A DNA stretch of 64,000 nucleotides from Cyanophora paradoxa CCMP329 (taxonomy: Eukaryota; Plantae; Glaucophyta): the NCBI GenBank assembly GCA_004431415.1, contig QPMI01000179.1:124001-188000 (forward strand), in the 5' to 3' direction. Below are positions 58,554 through 64,000 of the stretch, in pieces (the first letter of the stretch is position 1; every line of letters starts with the position of its first letter). Position numbers and translations under genes: made by a program. The notes beneath the pieces are model-generated. The model was given only the letters and a program-made list of their open reading frames with translations, was not told the origin of the DNA and searched no databases.

Positions 58554-61500
58554 GACCCACCCACCAGCAAGTCACTTAGTTGAAGGCCCCAGGTTTCTGA
58601 TCCGCCACAAAATAGAAGAAGGATGCACCCCAAATCTCTCTGGGGGAATATGCACAAGGCGCTAGCCTTAGGCAGATGACCCACCCACCAGCAAGTCACT
58701 CAGTCAAAGGCCCCAGGTTTCCAATCTGCCAGAAAAAAGAAGAAAGATGCACCCCAAATCTCTCTGGGGAATATGCACAAGGCGCTAGCCTTAGGCAGAT
58801 GACCCACCCACCAGCAAGTCACTCAGTTGAAGGCCCCAGGTTTCTGATCCGCCACAAAATAGAAGAAAGATGCACCCCAAATCTCTCTGGGGGAATATGC
58901 ACAAGGCGCTAGCCTTAGGCAGATGACCCACCCACCAGCAAGTCACTCAGTCGAAGGCCCCAGGTTTCTGATCCGCCACAAAATAGAAGAAAGATGCACC
59001 CCAAATCTCTCTGGGGGAATATGCACAAGGCGCTAGCCTTAGGCAGATGACCCACCCACCAGCAAGTCACTCAGTTGAAGGCCCCAGGTTTCTGATCTGC
59101 CACAAAATAGAAGAAGATGCACCCCAAATCTCTCTGGGGGAATATGCACAAGGCTCTAGCCTTAGGCAGATGACCCACCCACCAGCAAGTCACTCAGTTG
59201 AAGGCCCCAGGTTTCCGATCTGCCACAAAATAGAAGAAGGATGCACCCCAAATCTCTCTGGGGGAATATGCACAAGGCGCTAGCCTTAGGCAGATGACCC
59301 ACCCACCAGCAAGTCACTCAGTCGAAGGCCCCAGGTCTCCGATCTGCCACAAAATAGAAGAAGGATGCACCCCAAATCTCTCTGGGGGAATATGCACAAG
59401 GCGCTAGCCTTAGGCAGATGACCCACCCACCAGCAAGTCACTCAGTCGAAGGCCCCAGGTTTCGATCGCCACAAAATAGAAGAAAGATGCACCCCAAATC
59501 TCTCTGGGGAATATGCACAAGGCGCTAGCCTTAGGCAGATGACCCACCCACCAGCAAGTCACTCAGTCGAAGGCCCCAGGTTTCGATCGCCACAAAATAG
59601 AAGAAGATGCACCCAAATCTCTCTGGGGAATATGCACAAGGCGCTAGCCTTAGGCAGATGACCCACCCACCAGCAAGTCACTCAGTCAAGGCCCCAGGTT
59701 TCGATCTGCCACAAAATAGAAGAAGGATGCACCCCAAATCTCTCTGGGGGAATATGCACAAGGCGCTAGCCTTAGGCAGATGACCCACCCACCAGCAAGT
59801 CACTCAGTCAAAGGCCCCAGGTTTCCGATCTGCCACAAAATAGAAGAAGGATGCACCCCAAATCTCTCTGGGGGAATATGCACAAGGCGCTAGCCTTAGG
59901 CAGATGACCCACCCACCAGCAAGTCACTCAGTCAAAGGCCCCAGGTTTCCGATCTGCCACAAAATAGAAGAAAGATGCACTCCAAATCTCTCTGGGGGAA
60001 TATGCACAAGGCGCTAGCCTTAGGCAGATGACCCACCCACCAGCAAGTCACTCAGTCGAAGGCCCCAGGTTTCCGATCTGCCACAAAATAGAAGAAGATG
60101 CACCCCAAATCTCTCTGGGGGAATATGCACAAGGCGCTAGCCTTAGGCAGATGACCCACCCACCAGCAAGTCACTCAGTCGAAGGCCCCAGGTTTCGATC
60201 TGCCACAAAATAGAAGAAAGATGCACCCCAAATCTCTCTGGGGGAATATGCACAAGGCGCTAGCCTTAGGCAGATGACCCACCCACCAGCAAGTCACTCA
60301 GATGAAGGCCCCAGGTTTCCGATCTGCCACAAAATAGAAGAAAGATGCACCCCAAATCTCTCTGGGGAATATGCACAAGGCGCTAGCCTTAGGCAGATGA
60401 CCCACCCACCAGCAAGTCACTCAGTCGAAGGCCCCAGGTTTCGGATCTGCCACAAAATAGAAGAAAGATGCACCCAAATCTCTCTGGGGGAATATGCACA
60501 AGGCGCTAGCCTTAGGCAGATGACCCACCCACCAGCAAGTCACTCAGTCAAGGCCCAGGTTTCCATCTGCCACAAAATAGAAGAAGATGCACCCAAATCT
60601 CTCTGGGGAATATGCACAAGGCGCTAGCCTTAGGCAGATGACCCACCACCAGCAAGTCACTCAGTCAAGGCCCCAGGTTTCGATCGCCACAAAATAGAAG
60701 AAGATGCACCCAAATCTCTCTGGGGAATATGCACAAGGCGCTAGCCTTAGGCAGATGACCCACCCACCAGCAAGTCACTCAGTCGAAGGCCCCAGGTTTC
60801 CGATCTGCCACAAAATAGAAGAAAGATGCACTCCAAATCTCTCTGGGGGAATATGCACAAGGCGCTAGCCTTAGGCAGATGACCCACCCACCAGCAAGTC
60901 ACTCAGTCGAAGGCCCCAGGTTTCGGATCTGCCACAAAATAGAAGAAAGATGCACTCCAAATCTCTCTGGGGGAATATGCACAAGGCGCTAGCCTTAGGC
61001 AGATGACCCACCCACCAGCAAGTCACTCAGTCGAAGGCCCCAGGTTTCGATCTGCCACAAAATAGAAGAAAGATGCACCCAAATCTCTCTGGGGAATATG
61101 CACAAGGCGCTAGCCTTAGGCAGATGACCCACCCACCAGCAAGTCACTCAGTCAAGGCCCCAGGTTTCCGATCTGCCACAAAATAGAAGAAAGATGCACC
61201 CAAATCTCTCTGGGGAATATGCACAAGGCGCTAGCCTTAGGCAGATGACCCACCCACCAGCAAGTCACTCAGTCAAGGCCCCAGGTTTCCGATCTGCCAC
61301 AAAATAGAAGAAAGATGCACCCCAAATCTCTCTGGGGAATATGCACAAGGCGCTAGCCTTAGGCAGATGACCCACCCACCAGCAAGTCACTCAGTCAAGG
61401 CCCCAGGTTTCCGATCCGCCACAAAATAGAAGGAAGATGCACCCCAAATCTCTCTGGGCGAATATCCACAAGGCGCTAGCCTTAGGCAGATGACCCACCC

Positions 61501-64000
61501 ACCAGCAACCCAGTCACTGCAAAATAGAAGATGCACCAATCTCTCTGGGAATATGCACAAGGCCTAGCCTTAGGCAGATGACCCACCACAGCAAGTCACT
61601 CAGTAAGCCCAGGTTTCGATCGCCACAAAATAGAAGAAGATGCACCCCAAATCTCTCTGGGGAATATGCACAAGGCGCTAGCCTTAGGCAGATGACCCAC
61701 CCACCAGCAAGTCACTCAGTCGAAGGCCCCAGGTTTCCGATCTGCCACAAAATAGAAGAAGATGCACCCAAATCTCTCTGGGGAATATGCACAAGGCGCT
61801 AGCCTTAGGCAGATGACCCACCCACCAGCAAGTCACTCAGTCAAGGCCCCAGGTTTCCGATCTGCCACAAAATAGAAGAAAGATGCACCCAAATCTCTCT
61901 GGGGAATATGCACAAGGCGCTAGCCTTAGGCAGATGACCCACCCACACAGTCACCAGTCAAAAGTCACCAATTCTCTGGGAATATGCACAAGGCTAGCCT
62001 AGCAGATGACCCCCCAGCAAGTCACTCAGTAAGCCCAGGTTCGATCGCCACAAAATAGAAGAAAGATGCACTCCAAATCTCTCTGGGGGAATATGCACAA
62101 GGCGCTAGCCTTAGGCAGATGACCCACCCACCAGCAAGTCACTCAGTCGAAGGCCCCAGGTTTCCGATCTGCCACAAAATAGAAGAAGGATGCACCCCAA
62201 ATCTCTCTGGGGGAATATGCACAAGGCGCTAGCCTTAGGCAGATGACCCACCCACCAGCAAGTCACTCAGTCGAAGGCCCCAGGTTTCCGATCTGCCACA
62301 AAATAGAAGAAAGATGCACCCCAAATCTCTCTGGGGGAATATGCACAAGGCGCTAGCCTTAGGCAGATGACCCACCCACCAGCAAGTCACTCAGTCGAAG
62401 GCCCCAGGTTTCCGATCTGCCACAAAATAGAAGAAAGATGCACCCCAAATCTCTCTGGGGGAATATGCACAAGGCGCTAGCCTTAGGCAGATGACCCACC
62501 CACCAGCAAGTCACTCAGTCGAAGGCCCCAGGTTTCCGATCTGCCACAAAATAGAAGAAAGATGCACCCAAATCTCTCTGGGGGAATATGCCCAAGGCGC
62601 TAGCCTTAGGCAGATGACCCACCCTCCAGCAAGTCACCCAGTCAGAGACCGCAGGTTTCTCATCTGCCACAAAATAGAAGAAAGATGCACCCAAATCTCT
62701 CTGGGGAATATGCACAAGGCGCTAGCCTTAGGCAGATGACCCACCCACCAGCAAGTCACTCAGTCAAGGCCCAGGTTTCCGATCTGCCACAAAATAGAAG
62801 AAAGATGCACCCCAAATCTCTCTGGGGAATATGCACAAGGCGCTAGCCTTAGGCAGATGACCCACCCACCAGCAAGTCACTCAGTCAAGGCCCCAGGTTT
62901 CCGATCTGCCACAAAATAGAAGAAAGATGCACCCCAAATCTCTCTGGGGAATATGCACAAGGCGCTAGCCTTAGGCAGATGACCCACCCACCAGCAAGTC
63001 ACTCAGTCGAAGGCCCCAGGTTTCCGATCTGCCACAAAATAGAAGAAAGATGCACCCAAATCTCTCTGGGGAATATGCACAAGGCGCTAGCCTTAGGCAG
63101 ATGACCCACCCACCAGCAAGTCACTCAGTCGAAGGCCCCAGGTTTCCGATCTGCCACAAAATAGAAGAAAGATGCACCCAAATCTCTCTGGGGAATATGC
63201 ACAAGGCGCTAGCCTTAGGCAGATGACCCACCCACCAGCAAGTCACTCAGTCGAAGGCCCCAGGTTTCCGATCTGCCACAAAATAGAAGAAAGATGCACC
63301 CCAAATCTCTCTGGGGAATATGCACAAGGCGCTAGCCTTAGGCAGATGACCCACCCACCAGCAAGTCACTCAGTCAGAGGCCCCAGGTTTCCGATCTGCC
63401 ACAAAATAGAAGAAAGATGCACCCAAATCTCTCTGGGGGAATATGCACAAGGCGCTAGCCTTAGGCAGATGACCCACCCACCAGCAAGTCACTCAGTCGA
63501 AGGCCCCAGGTTTCCGATCTGCCACAAAATAGAAGAAGGATGCACCCCAAATCTCTCTGGGGGAATATGCACAAGGCGCTAGCCTTAGGCAGATGACCCA
63601 CCCACCAGCAAGTCACTCAGTCAAGGCCCCAGGTTTCCGATCTGCCACAAAATAGAAGAAAGATGCACCCCAAATCTCTCTGGGGGAATATGCACAAGGC
63701 GCTAGCCTTAGGCAGATGACCCACCCACCAGCAAGTCACTCAGTCAAGGCCCCAGGTTTCCGATCTGCCACAAAATAGAAGAAAGATGCACCCCAAATCT
63801 CTCTGGGGAATATGCACAAGGCGCTAGCCTTAGGCAGATGACCCACCCACCAGCAAGTCACTCAGTCGAAGGCCCAGGTTTCCGATCTGCCACAAAATAG
63901 AAGAAAGATGCACCCAAATCTCTCTGGGGAATATGCACAAGGCGCTAGCCTTAGGCAGATGACCCACCCACCAGCAAGTCACTCAGTCAAGGCCCCAGGT
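58554..64000 (+). repeat. Homogeneous ~124-bp satellite array (about 44 copies, runs off right edge)
   Basis: GACCCACCCACCAGCAAGTCACTCAG...GCCTTAGGCAGAT repeated head to tail. Confidence 0.99.

Noticed and set aside
58554-64000. CRISPR-like regular array
   Set aside because: Whole units repeat with no unique spacers; no cas genes; eukaryotic context. The same applies to the 147- and 346-bp arrays

Overview
Eukaryotic, heterochromatin-like window: spliceosomal introns of 49-54 bp and the standard genetic code; the taxon cannot be determined from sequence alone. It is a mosaic of five components. (i) Three satellite families: a ~147-bp monomer with 4-mer (591 bp) and 11-mer (1617 bp) higher-order repeats, a ~346-bp monomer, and a ~124-bp monomer running off the right end. 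(ii) At least five Ty3/gypsy families, four with very short LTRs (109-177 bp), including one complete, very young copy (35804-40745; identical 128-bp LTRs, TCTC target-site duplication) and a 1.34-kb gag-containing deletion derivative amplified in tandem. (iii) Fragments of RT-RNase H LINEs. (iv) Three apparently intact Golgi-type glycan-modifying genes (GT2-like, GT32-like, METTL24/Methyltransf_22-like) sitting among the repeats. (v) Orphan fragments: a BARD1/BRCA1-like BRCT, a PIF1/Helitron-like helicase, and two AT-rich virus-like ORFs. The best novelty candidate is a 2.24-kb RT-less retroposon (5966-8209). It has a 9-bp TSD, one orphan ~567-aa ORF, a hairpin-rich 3' UTR and a (CT)n tail, and it shares its 3'-terminal motif with two tiny TSD-flanked (TTC)n-tailed insertions at 26461 and 42450. 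Indel errors from unpolished long reads are likely, so single frameshifts should be treated cautiously.
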